DNA of 64,000 nt, from NCBI RefSeq assembly GCF_902459465.1, contig NC_047068.1, positions 11,532,001 to 11,596,000 on the forward strand, read 5' to 3'. Shown here piece after piece: positions 49,638 through 62,988 of this stretch (the stretch's first letter is position 1; the number at the start of each line of letters is the position of its first letter). The notes beneath the pieces are model-generated. The model saw only the letters and a program-made list of their open reading frames with translations, was not told where the DNA came from and did not search any database. The position numbers were made by a program, and so were the translations under genes. This stretch comes from Asterias rubens (taxonomy: Eukaryota).

Positions 49638-52600
49638 ACAAATTGTCATCCCCCATGAACGGGGAAAAAAATGTACTGTTATATTTTTGATTGTAGCGAG
49701 GAGGGCAAGTATAGTTACTACATTTAACGACGTTGTTGTTCACAAATAAAAGATTATCATCGTTCGATTGTTTTTTATTGCTGACACGGAACGAGCATTA
49801 GTTTAAGCAACTGCCCTAGCTGTAGGTCATTAGTGAACACTTTCACCTTATTTTAACGAAGGGCAATAACCGCTTAGAAAAACAAAACCAGCTAATTTCC
49901 CCCTTGGCATGGACTTGGTTGATGTGATCATTTGCTTTAAAATGGAAGATCCCGTAATGTAAATTTTAGAAATCTTTGAGTAGGCGCAGAAGCTTTCAAT
50001 TTCATTATCGTGCTCATGTTGATGAAATATTATTTTCAAGGGAATGGACTAAATATAGTTGGTAAAGTTGAACAACATGTTCCCTTCAGTCTGCTTGTTT
50101 TTGAACCATGATAAACAACAATGCGATGCAACGAGAAGGTTTTTCTTTCATTATTCTCTTGCAACTTCGTTGACCAATTGAGTCCAAATTCACATTATTT
50201 GAGATACACCAAGTGAGAATACTGGTCTTTGACAATTAACAAATGTGTCCAGTGTCTCTTTAAGCACTCTATGCAGAAGGTGTCTAGCAATCACAGATGA
50301 CTCATTTTTGCCCAAAGCTAAAAGGTCGCATATTTTTCAGCGGCTGATGGGTTTCTGTTTCTTACCAGAAACTATATTCGTTTTATTTCCTCTGGAAATA
50401 GAAAACTCAGTACTTTACCTCAAGCTCGTTCCCCATGAGGTTTATTTTTATATTATATTTCCACGTCTGTTTTGATCGATCCCCTGACTGTTACTAGCTA
50501 GATTTAGCAACAGACAGGGAGGGGGGGGGGGAGATACCCGGTATAGCATGGATGGCGGCTGGGGCTTTTTCCCAAAAGCCCCAACCGCTCCATCCCCAAA
50601 GTTACCCATTAAGCTATGTCCCACCATCTTCCTCCATGAACCCACTTATAGAATATTGTTCGGCCGTATGGTGTTAAGAAAAAAATCCCTTCTCGAAGAA
50701 GAAGACAATTTTCTCAACAGCACTTCCCAGCTTATCGAATGGGTGACTGGTTCGAGTCTCACTGAGGTTAACTTGAATTTTGTTTACCACACGAGAGATA
50801 CATGTATAGACACTTTCCTAGTCGGTTCACTAAAATGCTGGATTCTATAAAAAATAATATGAACAACTAATAGAACTTCAAACACCATTGGCTTTTAGCA
50901 TAATGGACCTAGGCTCTTTTCGAATCCACGGCTTCGGCTTTGGATTCGGCTTCAGGCTCTGTTCTCTCGTCTGTCTGAAACCCTTAGCCGAATCATGGAG
51001 CCGTAGTTTCGAAAAGGGCCACCGATAAAACAGCATGCAATACACGTAAGCCTGCCCACACGCCGTCGTTAAACATTATGAATAATTAATTTCTAATTAC
51101 CATATGGTGACGTCACCGGCACAAGGGAATCCCCATCACAGCTCAGCGTGAAAACCACACAATGCCGTAACAGCTGTTTTTGTCGATACCAGAAGTGACG
51201 TATCCGATTATGGCAAAAAAATATTGTTTTTATTTCATGCAAATAACGATTATCGACAGAGCGACAGAACACACTACAGCTGGCAAGTTGCTCATGAAAT
51301 TTTAAACAATGGCGGGGGAGAAATTTATCTAAACATTTTGCTTATCTAAAGAAATTTATTCTGACATTTGTTTTAACCAACGGATATCCCATGTCACCAA
51401 AAAAACACGGTCGTTGTGCTTATAAACTTTAAGTATAAAACTCTTCGTCATCATTTTTGTTTTGTCCGAGATTTGAGAGGTAAAAGTGTCATGTTTTTGG
51501 TTTATTTGCTTGCTGTGTGGGCTGTGCATTGTAGTAAATTGTTGGGTCTAGGATAGGAATGAAATGTTAAGTGTCAAGTGGAAAATCTAAATGTTGTAAA
51601 CTGTACAATCACATTAGTTATTAACATACGGAAATTTGCATGGGGATAAAGAATATTAATTTTGATTTTACCCTTACATCGATTTGTGCTAGCACTGTAT
51701 ACTCAGTACTCTGCAAAAACTGGGGTGTTAAATTGATTCTCTTATAATATGTGACAGCACCGACACGGTGTTAATTTCACGATATAGTAGGCCCTTAATG
51801 GGGATAGACAACACCATGTTGGTGTTGATGTTGTCACGGGAAGAATCATTTTTGGCAGTGTACTTTGCTGAGCTATGTGAAATAAAATCACAGGCATATT
51901 ACTTGGGTGGGATTCGAATCCACAACCTTTGCAATTCTAGAGCAGCGTCTTACAACCACATAGTTTTAAAAAACAACAATGTGCCATTTTGTGTTTTACT
52001 GCAAATCTAAAATCACGGATCAGAACCGTACTAGAAGTATCTTCCAGACATTCAATTCAATTCAATTCAATAAACGTTTATTCCGTACTCTTGTTGGAAA
52101 AAAAAAAACAATTGTGAGAATTAAACAGTACATAGAAATGTAACAAATCTAAAGTGTATTAAATTATATAAAAAAAAACAATATAATCTAAAAGCAAATA
52201 ATAAATTAATAACTAGGAATTAACTATGTACAAGACAGGAGCGAGAGCATGAGGCTGTTAGATAAGCCGTGGCTTGTAGACAACAGCCTTTATACAGACA
52301 AGAAAACACACAGACAAACAACCAAACAAACAAATATGCATCGAAGAAGAAACAAGCGCAAGACAGTTACACAATGACAATACAAAATGCTGACGACAAA
52401 ATACAATATGTTCCTTCATTTTAAACGTTCGGGTACAAAATAAAGCAAAGGAGAAAAATGACACAAGGTGGTTTCAAAATAGTTAAAAATAATGATATCA
52501 AGAGATGTTAAAGATATAATTGCAAATTTGTCCACGCCACGCCATATGATAGCCTTTGTACAACATGTATAACATATCACATCATCTCCCCCATATGGTG

Positions 52601-52669
52601 TTAATCAATGCTAAAAACAGTAAGACAAGCACGTATCTAATAACACTAAAATAATATTTGTAAACTAAC

Positions 52670-53341
52670 TGGACACGTTTGGTTATTACTCAAAATGGTT
52701 GTTAGAATCAAACTTACTTGGTAACGAACAATAGGGAGCTTCTTTGATAGTAGTACAACATTGGGAGAAACGGCCCTTCATTTTTCTAAAGTAACGTAGT
52801 TTTTGAGAAAAAGGTAACTTCTTACTCAAATATTGAAAAGCTTTAGGCCTGAAGTCTTTAAGTATTCTTTGTAGGCATCTGAAAGCACACAAATTGTGCA
52901 ACAAGGGCTTTCTGATTATTTTCTTGCAACTTCGATGACCAATTGGAACGAAATTTTCACAGATTTGTTATGTTGGGGTTACAATACTGGTCTTTGACAA
53001 TTACCAAAGATGTCCAGGGGTGGATTTCACAAAGAGTTAGGACTAGTCTTATCTCGAGTTAGGACCAGTTACTCGTCCTAACTTAGGACTTTCCATGCAA
53101 TGTGTATATCTCCTAGGACTAGTCCTAAGTTAGGACTAGTCTTTACTCTTTGTGAAATCGACCCCTGGTCTTTGACAATTACCAAAGATGTCCAGGGGTG
53201 GATTTCACAAAGAGTAAGGTCGGACTAGTCTTATCTCGAGTTAGGACCGGTTACTCGTCCTAACTTCGGACTATCCATGCAATTTGTATATCTCCTAGGA
53301 CTAGTCCTAACTCTTTGTGAAATCGACCCCAGTGCCTTTAA
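52670..53341. mobile_element. R1b MITE with two R2 Harbinger-like MITEs (53018-53164, 53196-53329) in its right terminus
   Basis: R2 TIRs GGGTGGATTTCACAAAG / CTTTGTGAAATCGACCC, flanked by CAG/CTG; host end CAGTGCCT-TTAA at 53330-53341. Confidence 0.75.
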
Positions 53342-53492
53342 ACAACATTTACAGGCCGTGCAGCCATGTTGTTTTGATTTTTCTGGATTAAGAGACAATG
53401 CTGTTTCTTCCATTAACCTATGAGTCCAAGAAGGCAGTCACCGGAGTCCATTCGGTCTTAAAATAGACTTGGCTAATAAGACGATGTGATGA

Positions 53493-54640
53493 TAGGTCTA
53501 GTTACTCCATTGCCAGGGGAAAAAAATAAATGATTAAAGGCACTGGGCACCTTTGGTAATATTGTCAATGACCAGTCTGCTCACTAGGTGTATCCCAATT
53601 CATATGTATAAAATAACAATTCTGTGAAAATTTGACTCAATTGGTCATCGAAGTTGCAAGAGACCAATGAAACAAAAAAATATACGCTTGTTGCGCAAAT
53701 TTATGTGAACTCAGAGAAAATTTATGTGAATGACAAAATAGCCACTAATCATTGATAGCCTGAAACCCAATCATAAGTATTTTATTATTTAGTATGTGAC
53801 AAAAACTAATTACCTCTTTTTTCAAAAACTATACTTTAGAGGGAGCCGTTTTTCGCAATGTGTTATACTATCAACAGCTCCCCATTGCTCACTACCAACT
53901 AAGTTTTTGTATATGCTAACAATTATTTTGATAATGTGTATTTAAAACGCACCAATGTGTGGAAAGCAAGGTCTATTTTGTACTCCCATATTGTCGTGTA
54001 GAGAAAACAACAATGACAAAATAGCCACTAATCATTGATAGTCTGAAACCCAATCATAGCATGGAATCCAACCCTGGCTTTACCTTTTCATCCAGCCTTC
54101 ATAAATTTTGTTGTATCTGTAGTTAGGCCTAGTTACTCCATTGCTAGGGATCGGGAAGAAAACAAATGGTTAAATGTCAAAGACCAGTATTCTCAGTTGG
54201 TGTATCCCAATTCATTCTGTGAAATTTTGGACCCAATTTGGTCATCGAAGTTGCAAGAGACCAACGAAAGACAAATTGATGTGCTTTCAGATGCCTATAA
54301 ATGACCAAAAACTACGTCGCTTCAGAAGGAGCCGTTTGACAGTTTCACACATGTTCAATACTATACCAACAGCTCTCCATTGCTCGTTACAAAGTAAGTT
54401 TTTATGCTAACAATTATTTTGAGTAATTACCAATAGTGTATTGTGCCTTTAAAAGCCACCAATGTATCGAAAGCAAGCATGGTCTAAACTTTACTCACAT
54501 AGTGTCGTGTAGAGAGAACAATATAACAACACAGCCACTAATTATTGATAGCCTGAAATTCAATCTAAGCATGGAATCCAACCCTGGCTTGACCATGAAA
54601 TAGTTTGGACTTTCATTTCATCCAGCCTTAATAAATTTTG
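53493..54640. repeat. Older ~630-bp tandem duplication, each unit containing a decayed R1b MITE
   Basis: TAGG(T/C)CTAGTTACTCCATTGC at ~53493 and ~54124; shared GCATGGAATCCAACCCTGGCTT. Confidence 0.75.
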
Positions 54641-54891
54641 AGTTTTGTTTTATCAGTAATTAAAAACTTGATAAACGCATACACTGTAACAAACAACCCT
54701 CAGATATTATTGCCACTATATTGCCAGACATAACTTGCACTGAAAACTTTAATAAATGTTCATACAAATGTAAATGTTTATACAGATGTTAATACGAAAC
54801 TGTCATTACTATTTTCACAAAGTGAAAGTGCAGTCTTGCACAGACAAGCTTTTCATTGTGTGAAAATACGAAACAACTTTTCAACCATGTA

Positions 54892-55273
54892 TTAAAGGAA
54901 CACGTTGCCTTGGATCGGACGAGTTGGTCTATAAAAAAGAGTTTGTAATCGTTTGTTATGAAATGCATATGGTTAGAAAGATGTTTTAAAAGTAGAATAT
55001 AATGATCCACACAAAGTTGCCTCGAAATTGCACGGTTTTCCTTTTACTTTGCGAACTATCACGGTCGGCCATTTATGTAATTTGACTCCCATAGTGGCCG
55101 ACCGTGTTTGTCGACGAGGTAAAATGAAAACCGTGCAATTTCGAGGCATGTTTGTGTGGATCATTGAATTCTACTTTTACAACATCTTTCTACCCATATG
55201 CATTTTATAACAAACGGTTACAAACACTTTTCAAAGACCGACTCGACCGATCCAAGGCAACGTGTTCCTTTAA
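54892..55273. mobile_element. Foldback Kolobok-like MITE (near-complete palindrome)
   Basis: TTAA-AGGAACACGTTGCCTTGGATCGG...CCGATCCAAGGCAACGTGTTCCT-TTAA; the internal arms are also inverted repeats. Confidence 0.8.
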
Positions 55274-55425
55274 AGGCAGTGGACTCTATTGGTAATTACT
55301 CAAAATAATTATCAGCATAAAACCTCACTTGGTAATGAGTAATGGGGAGAGGTTTATAGTATAAAACATTGTGAGAAACGGCTCCCTCTGAGGTGACGTA
55401 GTTTTCGAGAAAGAAGTAATTTTCC
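55270..55425. mobile_element. Truncated R1 MITE sharing a TTAA with the foldback element
   Basis: GTGTTCCT-TTAA-AGGCAGTGGAC junction. Confidence 0.75.
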
Positions 55426-55809
55426 AAGAGCTAGCCGACATTTTAAGAGTTCTCACAGCCTTAGAAAATATTTCTTTAAATTCTGTAAAGTTATTTTCTC
55501 CCGCTCTCTGCTGATAAAAAAAAACAAAGAAGTATCCTTGCCTGTCTACAACAGTAATGGTTTGAGTGCACAAATATAAATAACCACTTTCCCTTTTCAA
55601 ATAGATTAGCAAAATGTACTGGTAGGCGGAAGGGAAGTGCCAATATGTCTCAAATTCACAAATAAAATGAGGGTCAGTTAATGCAAATTTATTATAGTCG
55701 TTACAGACTTAACCCTGGGAAACCGGAATATGTTAAAAGTGTTTTTATTTTTACATGTCAACAATTTTTTTTTAACAAAATACTGCTAGTCTTCAAATTG
55801 AATACGACT

Positions 55810-56102
55810 TTAAAGGCAGTGGACACTATTGGTAATTACACAAAATAATTATTAGCATAAAACCTTACTTGGTGACTTGTAATGGGGAGAGGTTGATGGT
55901 ATAAAACATTGTGAGAAACGGCTCCCTCTGAAGTGAGGTAGTTTTCGAGAAAGAAGTTATTTTCCACGAATTTGATTTTGAGATCTCAGATTAAGAATTT
56001 GAGGTATCGAAATCAACCATCTAAACGCACACAACTTCGTGTGACAAGGGTGTTTTTACTTTCATTGTTATCTCGCAACTATGACGACCGATTGAGCTCA
56101 AA
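55810..56102. mobile_element. R1 MITE truncated at its right end
   Basis: Left TIR and central palindrome present; stops at GAGCTCAAA. Confidence 0.75.
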
Positions 56103-56394
56103 GCGTTAATTGTTTTTAAATATGTTAATCAAGTATTATTCAATAATAATTAGTTTAGTACCAGTATCTTGTTTAAAAAATAATTAAAAAAGCTTGCTCA
56201 GGGCGCTTGAAGAGGCAAAACAAATTAGAACTAATTGTGTGAGTTTAACTGTTTGAACAGGTGAGATTTTAAGTTTGTCTTAAATGTTGTGAAGGATGCA
56301 GCTAATTTTACTGTCAGAGGAAGTTGGACCCACACCAACGTCCCAGGCTGATGCTTCAGAAAAATTACCTACCACCAAAGGAGTAGAACTCCTG

Positions 56395-56915
56395 TGACCA
56401 ATTTCATAGAGCTGCTTAAGCACAAAAGTCACTAAGCACAAACAAATTATGCTTACTATAATAAAGTTACCAGCCACAATACCATGTCTTATGTACAGTT
56501 ATGTTCAATTTGTGACCGGTGTTCTGCTCATTTCTGCTAAGCAAATTTTGTCTGCTTAAGCAGCTCTATGGAATTGGGCCCCGGGCTGATGGATCATTAT
56601 GAGCTCATTCGATTCAAGTTTGGTAACTGATTGTTACGGGCCTCTTAACACCAGTCATGTTCAGTGGTGTAGGGGTTCAACATCTTCTCCAGAGTGACAG
56701 TGTCCCCCAAGTAGCCATGGCCCCCATTTCATAAAGTCTGTAAGCACAAACAATTGCTTAGCATGAAATTTCTTTCTTGATAAAAACAAGATTACCAACC
56801 AAATTGTAATTTGTTGCATATTGCATGTTACTGGCAGACAGCTGTTGTTTGCTTATCCTGAATATCACATGGAAATTTAGTTTTTTGTGCTTACAGGCTT
56901 TATGAAATTGTGCCC
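56395..56915. mobile_element. Two further R3-type MITEs (~56395-56581, ~56718-56915)
   Basis: CCAATTTCAT / ATG(G/A)AATTG(G/T)GCC termini; body shared with the 21535 and 41780 copies. Confidence 0.65.
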
Positions 56916-56958
56916 TGTTGATTTGTTTTGTCTGCAGTACTCACATGCAACGAGTATA

Positions 56959-57290
56959 AAGTATGGAGCAAGTTCGAGTGGGCACATTTAGTCGACCCGT
57001 GGTTGACTACTGACCAGCAATGTACATGCGCAGTGACGCACTCACTCAAACGATTAATTTGGAAGTCAAGTCAACCTTCCGCCTTTTCGCTATAGTGTCA
57101 CTGGTTCCCCACTGCGCTTTACACATGTTAGAATGGAACATGCTACTGGGACCAGTGAGGAAACCACGGGCTCGAGGCTGGTTCATAATGGTCGACCACA
57201 GTAGTCAACCAATGATCGACCAGCCTGGGTTTGAGTCAAAATGGTCAACCTTTAGTTAACCATTGTGCACACTCGAACTTGCTCATAGTT
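56959..57290. mobile_element. MITE with ~27-bp TIRs
   Basis: AGTATGGAGCAAGTTCGAGTGGGCACA ... TGTGCACACTCGAACTTGCTCATAGT. Confidence 0.6.
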
Positions 57291-58229
57291 ATCTCACACA
57301 AATGTTTGGGTAAACACAAAGCCATATGTTGAGCAAATTGTAACAATTTGCAATTAGAAGACAGTTTTTGTCCCCACAAAAACGCATTGGTGAATACAGA
57401 CTTAACTGCCCATTGGGTTGTGCTGCATTTGGACTGATCAAGGCACCCAGCAACAACAGCATGACCAAAGAAAACTTGTCCCTCAATGTCGCAACTCTTT
57501 AAATGTATGACTCAGGGTAAACCCACCTCTAAATAAAAAAAAAAAAAAAAAAAAAAAAAAATAAAAAAAAAAAAAACATCAAACACATGAATAAATAACA
57601 ACTGGTTAATATTTGAACAAGTACTTTCCATAGTTTACTTTCTTATCTCATGTTGTTTTCCTTTTGGACCTTCCAGTGATGTCTCCAAATCTAAAGCAAT
57701 TAATCAATCAAAATGTTATTATTCAAAAGTAAAGACATTATCGTATTGACGATCAGTGGTTTGTCTGACAGGTTTTTTTTTTAAAAGAGGGGAGAGGGTT
57801 GAAATACTAACTTGGACTGAAAACTTCAATATTTTGTGTTTTTGTGGACCGGATTATGCTTAACTTCTTCTTAAAGATTTTTCTGTCTTAACATTCATCA
57901 TATTTGAAAATCTTAGCATCAGTTACAAATCCTAACCTGTAGTTAACATTAAAACAATAAAGAGTACATTCTTAAAGCAATGTACATTGAAAATATTAAC
58001 AAAATTATACAAAAACTTCTCAAAAACCTATATACATATTTCTTCATAAACATTTGTCCATTTTGGGCAGATTTTGTAAACCCTCTTTGGACGGATTTTG
58101 AAAGCAATTTTGGATGGATTTTAAAAGCAGTTTTGGACGGAATGTTGAAATGATTAGATTGGAATGAGCGATTCATTATTGGAGAACTTTATTTCCATTT
58201 CTTCAGAGGATTTGGAAACTCTTTAACTT

Positions 58230-59860
58230 GTAGATGAAGTCTTCAGTCTCCATCTGGATCAAACTAAAAACTTCATGAAGATGGTTGCATCTTCAAGATG
58301 TTCTTCATCAACGTTCCCTGATAGAAAATTCATCTCAAGATCCTGACAGAAAGGACAAAGAAAAAAGTCACAAATTTATCCAGAATAGTCGATTGAGAGA
58401 AGTTCTTTCCAGAAACTTTTTAGCCAACAGTGTCGCAATCCACGTTTCCTGAATTAGCGCTCACTGCATTCCTCATCTTCATTGTGCTATTTCAATAACA
58501 AGAGTAGGACAATGTTACTTAGGAATACAGAGATTCAATTTCATCGATATTTGCTGAACATGCCTCGTCGACAGTGCAACCCTTAGTCCATCTCCACATG
58601 CGTCAAATGTGACGTCAAATGTGACGTCATGCATGGTTGATTCTTAAGAGTCGAATCAATCAGAGTAAACAGTGTTCAGTCAGGTAAATTAAGTATTAGG
58701 TGTTCCTCTCTTACGGCTTGATGGATTCTAGGAACGGATGAGGATAAATACTAAGGAGGTGGGAAAGATTCAAGCAGTCTCATGAGATTATCTAGCTCTC
58801 AACATCTAATAGTGACATGCATAGATGGAGGAAAGCTAGATCAAGGGTGGTGAGGGCTTTTAAAGTTGTCAAATTTGGTTAAACAACTCAGACCGTTAAG
58901 TGTGATGTTTTTCCACCCTATATCAGAGCTGCCAACATTTGCATCTTGCAGTCAGGGAGATTGTGTACACCAATCACGGATAATGTTTAGAATTACATTC
59001 AACGTAATAGGGAAAATCTTTCCATTAGCTGAGAGAATGTCAAATTTGTTCTTCCGAACACGGAAGGATTGGTTTATTTTCAGGGAGCTTTTGCAGAATC
59101 AGGAGAGAGTTGACATCTCGGCCCTATGCTGACAAAACAAAGTCTGGCAAAAGGCAAAGTCTGGGATGTAGGCCAATCTCTATTAAACATATTGACCAAC
59201 ATTTTAATGGCAGAAATAGGTCATGCATTTCTTCATTCATCACAGAGGGACCACTTTGCATGCAGTCACCCACTCACACTTGGGCAATGCACACCTTAAC
59301 CACCCCCCCCCCCATTAGACCTCAATGGCACCTATTTGAATTAATCTTGTCATTTGATGCTTTTGTGCCAAAACAATATTCAGAGGAAAATATGAAATCC
59401 TCAAAGCACAGTCCCTCCATTAAATCAACACCATTCGTGATCAACCTATAAATTTCAGCGCAGAATACTCAAACAATAAATGGTCTCCAGGTCTACACCA
59501 TCCAGATAAACCTTTGTACTACAGACCAAAGTCTATCAGATGACAAAATGGTCTCTGCATCCCCCAAAGAGACCTACAGATCAGAGCAGAGCTCGTCAGA
59601 CGATAAATGGACTTATGGACTACAGGAAAGATCCAAATCGGCACACAAAACATACGTCAATCCGATACTGGTGACTAACTCATGGACGAGACGACCAGAA
59701 AATCTCAAGACCGCAGAAATCTCAAGACAAGAGGCCCCGTCTGAATGCCGTCATCTGACGTACAAATTCAAGATGGTAAAATATCTTAGAGACTGGATAC
59801 AACATCTCTGACTTGCCTCTGGGCTGTTGCATTTTTTAGTGACCAGTTCAATTTCCATGG
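58230..59860 (-). pseudogene. Decayed leucine-rich-repeat (RNI-like / FBXL-type) gene
   Basis: Manual - strand translation gives LRR-like peptides broken by stops and frameshifts: DLDLSCSP*, IIRDWCTQSP*LQDANVGSSDIGWKNITLNGLSCLTKFDN, LKALTTLDLAFL..MSLLDVES, DNLMRLLESFPPP*YLS. Confidence 0.4.
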
Positions 59861-60246
59861 CACCACTCCAAAATGTGTCATCAAAAAAAAATAATAATAC
59901 AGGAGGGCAGCGATGAGTCACTGTTTGGTTTTTTGTATCAGATGCCTCGACCCGCACCACCTGACGCTCAGCTCTATCGAGGGGTTCCCCTAAAACTAGG
60001 ACAAATTTATGATATGCTTAATAATGTCAAAAGCTGGCAGGACCAGTGGGCGTTGCTTATTTTATCTGGGGTCACTGGATGTAATTGTCAAACACTTGTT
60101 ATGCAATTTTCTGTTGCCTTTATCTGTTTTCCAGTATAACTAGGACAAATTTATGACATTATAATGATATGCAAATTTAACATCTATCAAATAGTTGCTG
60201 TACCCGATGCTAAAATATAGGATTCCAACCGCCTATAGCTATCTGG

Positions 60247-60395
60247 CACTCTTGGTGGTCTAGTTGGTAAGACACTGCTCTAGAATTGCAAAGGTTGTGG
60301 GTTCGAATCCCACCCGAGTAATTTTTTTCACAGAACTTGAGAAAGTACTGAGTATACAGTGCTAGCACACATCAGTGCATATAAAGCAAAATGGT
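60247..60395 (+). mobile_element. tRNA-derived SINE family S2
   Basis: TGGTCTAGTTGG (A box)...GGTTCGAATCC (B box), then body CAGAACTTGAGAAAGTACTGAGTATACAGTGCT; further copies at 51668-51960 (-), 46165-46232 and 36425-36530. Confidence 0.75.
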
Positions 60396-62988
60396 AAAGG
60401 CTGGCAGGACCAGTGGGCGATGCTTATTTTATCTGGTCTCTGAATGTAACTTTGTTAATTTGTAAAATAATTGCTTTTGGAGACGTTCTGTTGCCTTTAT
60501 CTGTTTTCCAGTATTTTATTCCTTTTTTTCCTACTTAAGAACGTATATTCCAATATTGTCTATTTACCCGTAAAACGTAATGTTGTAACTTTTTCTTCTA
60601 TTGACTTTATGTCTGTTTATCTTGCTGTAATGGTTTATGTACATCAAAATATTGAGTGCATTTGTCACTCTGTGAAATCTGGCACTTCTATTTTATGAGG
60701 CAACGCAAAGTTTCAACTGGTGATTATGTTTTGTGGCAAAGGACTTTCATCCATCTAATATTTGAATGATATTTGTTGGGAGTATTATGGCCGAGCAGTT
60801 AAGAGCACCGAATTCAAACTCTAGTGTTTCTGATCAACAGAGTGTGGGTTCGAGTACCAGTCGTTACACTTGTGTCCTATTCAATAAGAATTTTGCTGAT
60901 TTTTCTATTGGCCCATAAACAAATAAATACATCGGTAATTGCCAAAGACCAGTATCATCACTTAGTGCATCCCAACATATGCATCAAAATAACCAACCTG
61001 TGCAAATTTGGGCTAAGTTTAAGGTTTCAAGAAAATAATGAACAAACAAAAAACACCTAACGTTGCTTAGAATTGTGTTTTTTTTTTAGAAACTTGAGAA
61101 AGGCTTCATTAAGCCAGAAGGAAGCCTTTCTACAATACTTTAAAGGGTGTCTTTTCTAACAATGTCTTAAAGTATCATTGCTCTTGCAAGGAGATTTAAT
61201 GAAAGGAAGTAAAGGAAATGGCAAGGATGAGGTTAGGTCGACTCAAGAGACCTTCCACAAACTGGTGATGCTTGTCGCTGGGGGGCATCTCAACCAGACA
61301 GATTACGAATTCTATTCCAGCTAAATTATAATAAATTGTGGCTGAAGTACGTCAATAAAACCCCTAAATGTCAATTGATTTCTTATAGACAGGGTGAGTC
61401 ATTATCTGTGGCCTCCCACTCCCCAAAAGTGGGGGGGGGGGAGGGGGGGAGAAGATTGGTTTTAGTCTTGGGAACCAATCCCCAAGAAAACTAATGTCCA
61501 AGACAAGAAAAAACTGCATTTGGAAACCCCCTAATCACTGTTGCTTAATTTGATTGCAGCAATCGTAATAAGCCAGGCTTGATACTACACAGAGGCGACC
61601 AAAGTAATTGCCTCCATTGCCTCCTGGTCATTACCTAATCGCCTTGGTACCCTTGCACTTTCAACTACGAAGAGAACAAAATCACTGAAACCCCAGCCCC
61701 GCTCACCCAAATGTTTGTTTTACATATACATGAACTGAACACCATAGTTTATTTGCTTGAAAAATAGAGGGCAATTAAATTTGACTTTTCATAGAAACTG
61801 ATTATTATAAGTTATTTTATTTATTTATTTCATTTTTCGCAAGTTTAATAAAAATTACATACAAAAGAGAAACACAAAACGTTCACTAGATTATATGGAG
61901 AGTTCAAGACTTATAAGGAAAATTTTCTATAACCAAGAAGTTTAGTCTGCCGATAAAATTATTCCTAAAAAGTTCAGACGAGCAATATACAGGAGAAAAA
62001 ATTGTCCTTTCCCAGAAAATTCATTTTGCATTTTTTCAAGTTATTTAATAATCTATATTCAGGCCTCTCCTAAGAATGCAAGCTTCTTATAAATAAGTTT
62101 CAAGAAAGCACACAACCTCCAATTAACTTTAACGAGGCAACTCATTAGCTCAAAGAATCTGCATTTTGATTTGACCAAACTAAACTCAAGTGACATGTTT
62201 TATTCGGACCAAAGCTGGAAAAACATTAAGGTTTTTTTTCTTCTTCAACAATCAATGAGAAAATGCATATGACGCACAGCACTATAATTATGCAAGTAGA
62301 ACACCGAAATCACAAATTTAATGATTTAAGAGACTCTGCTGGGGAACTATTTTTTGTCTTTCTGTATTTGAATAATTGTAGCATAAATGACTGATAGCTG
62401 TGGGAATAGATAATGTACAACAGGTGTTTTACTGATAAGATTTTGCAAGCTTTGAATTTCCGTCAACAAGGGTTTATGTTTATCAAGCTATGGACTAATT
62501 AAAGAAACAAAGACTGTTAAACTCTGTTAAACTCTGCCACAAATAGAAGCTTCATTTCTCGAAGCTCAAAAACAGTTTTAAGATAACTGATATCTCTCTG
62601 AAGAATCTTGGAACAACAATGTCAAAGATGAGGCTCTACTTGTGGGCCACTAAACAAGTCAAGTCTTGAGTAAATAATTTTATTATTTGTGCTTTGCTAA
62701 GATGGAGTGATAAGATCAGGGACGAGGAATTAGATTTACTGGGCACTATAGTAGGAGCATCAAAACTCATTCACTGGGGACCACAACGTGGACGCAGCAA
62801 GCTAGCGCAGATCCGGGCTTGCCCTGTAAGCAAAGAATGATTATATCAAGCGCAGAATTCAGCGGTAAGCAGAGCCATTGAAGTGGATGGTCAATCCTAA
62901 CTATCTTTAGATCCTTACTCATTCTAAAAAACTTTAAGACCATATGGAAGCTCAACCCATGAATTGGTGGACTCTCAGTGGTATATAC

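Noticed and set aside
17115-55612. Many similar ORFs (MLDFETSNSK..., ...KTTSLQREPFLTMFYTINLSPLL...)
   Set aside because: All are chance reading frames of the non-coding R1 MITE; no transposase motifs.
57532-57580. Poly-A tract as a retrocopy tail for the adjacent pseudogene
   Set aside because: Wrong strand for a - strand gene, and no TSD is evident.
60247-60320. tRNA gene, with a possible CTA (amber suppressor) anticodon
   Set aside because: The anticodon and acceptor stems do not pair properly, and the head is fused to a repeated SINE body found elsewhere in the window.
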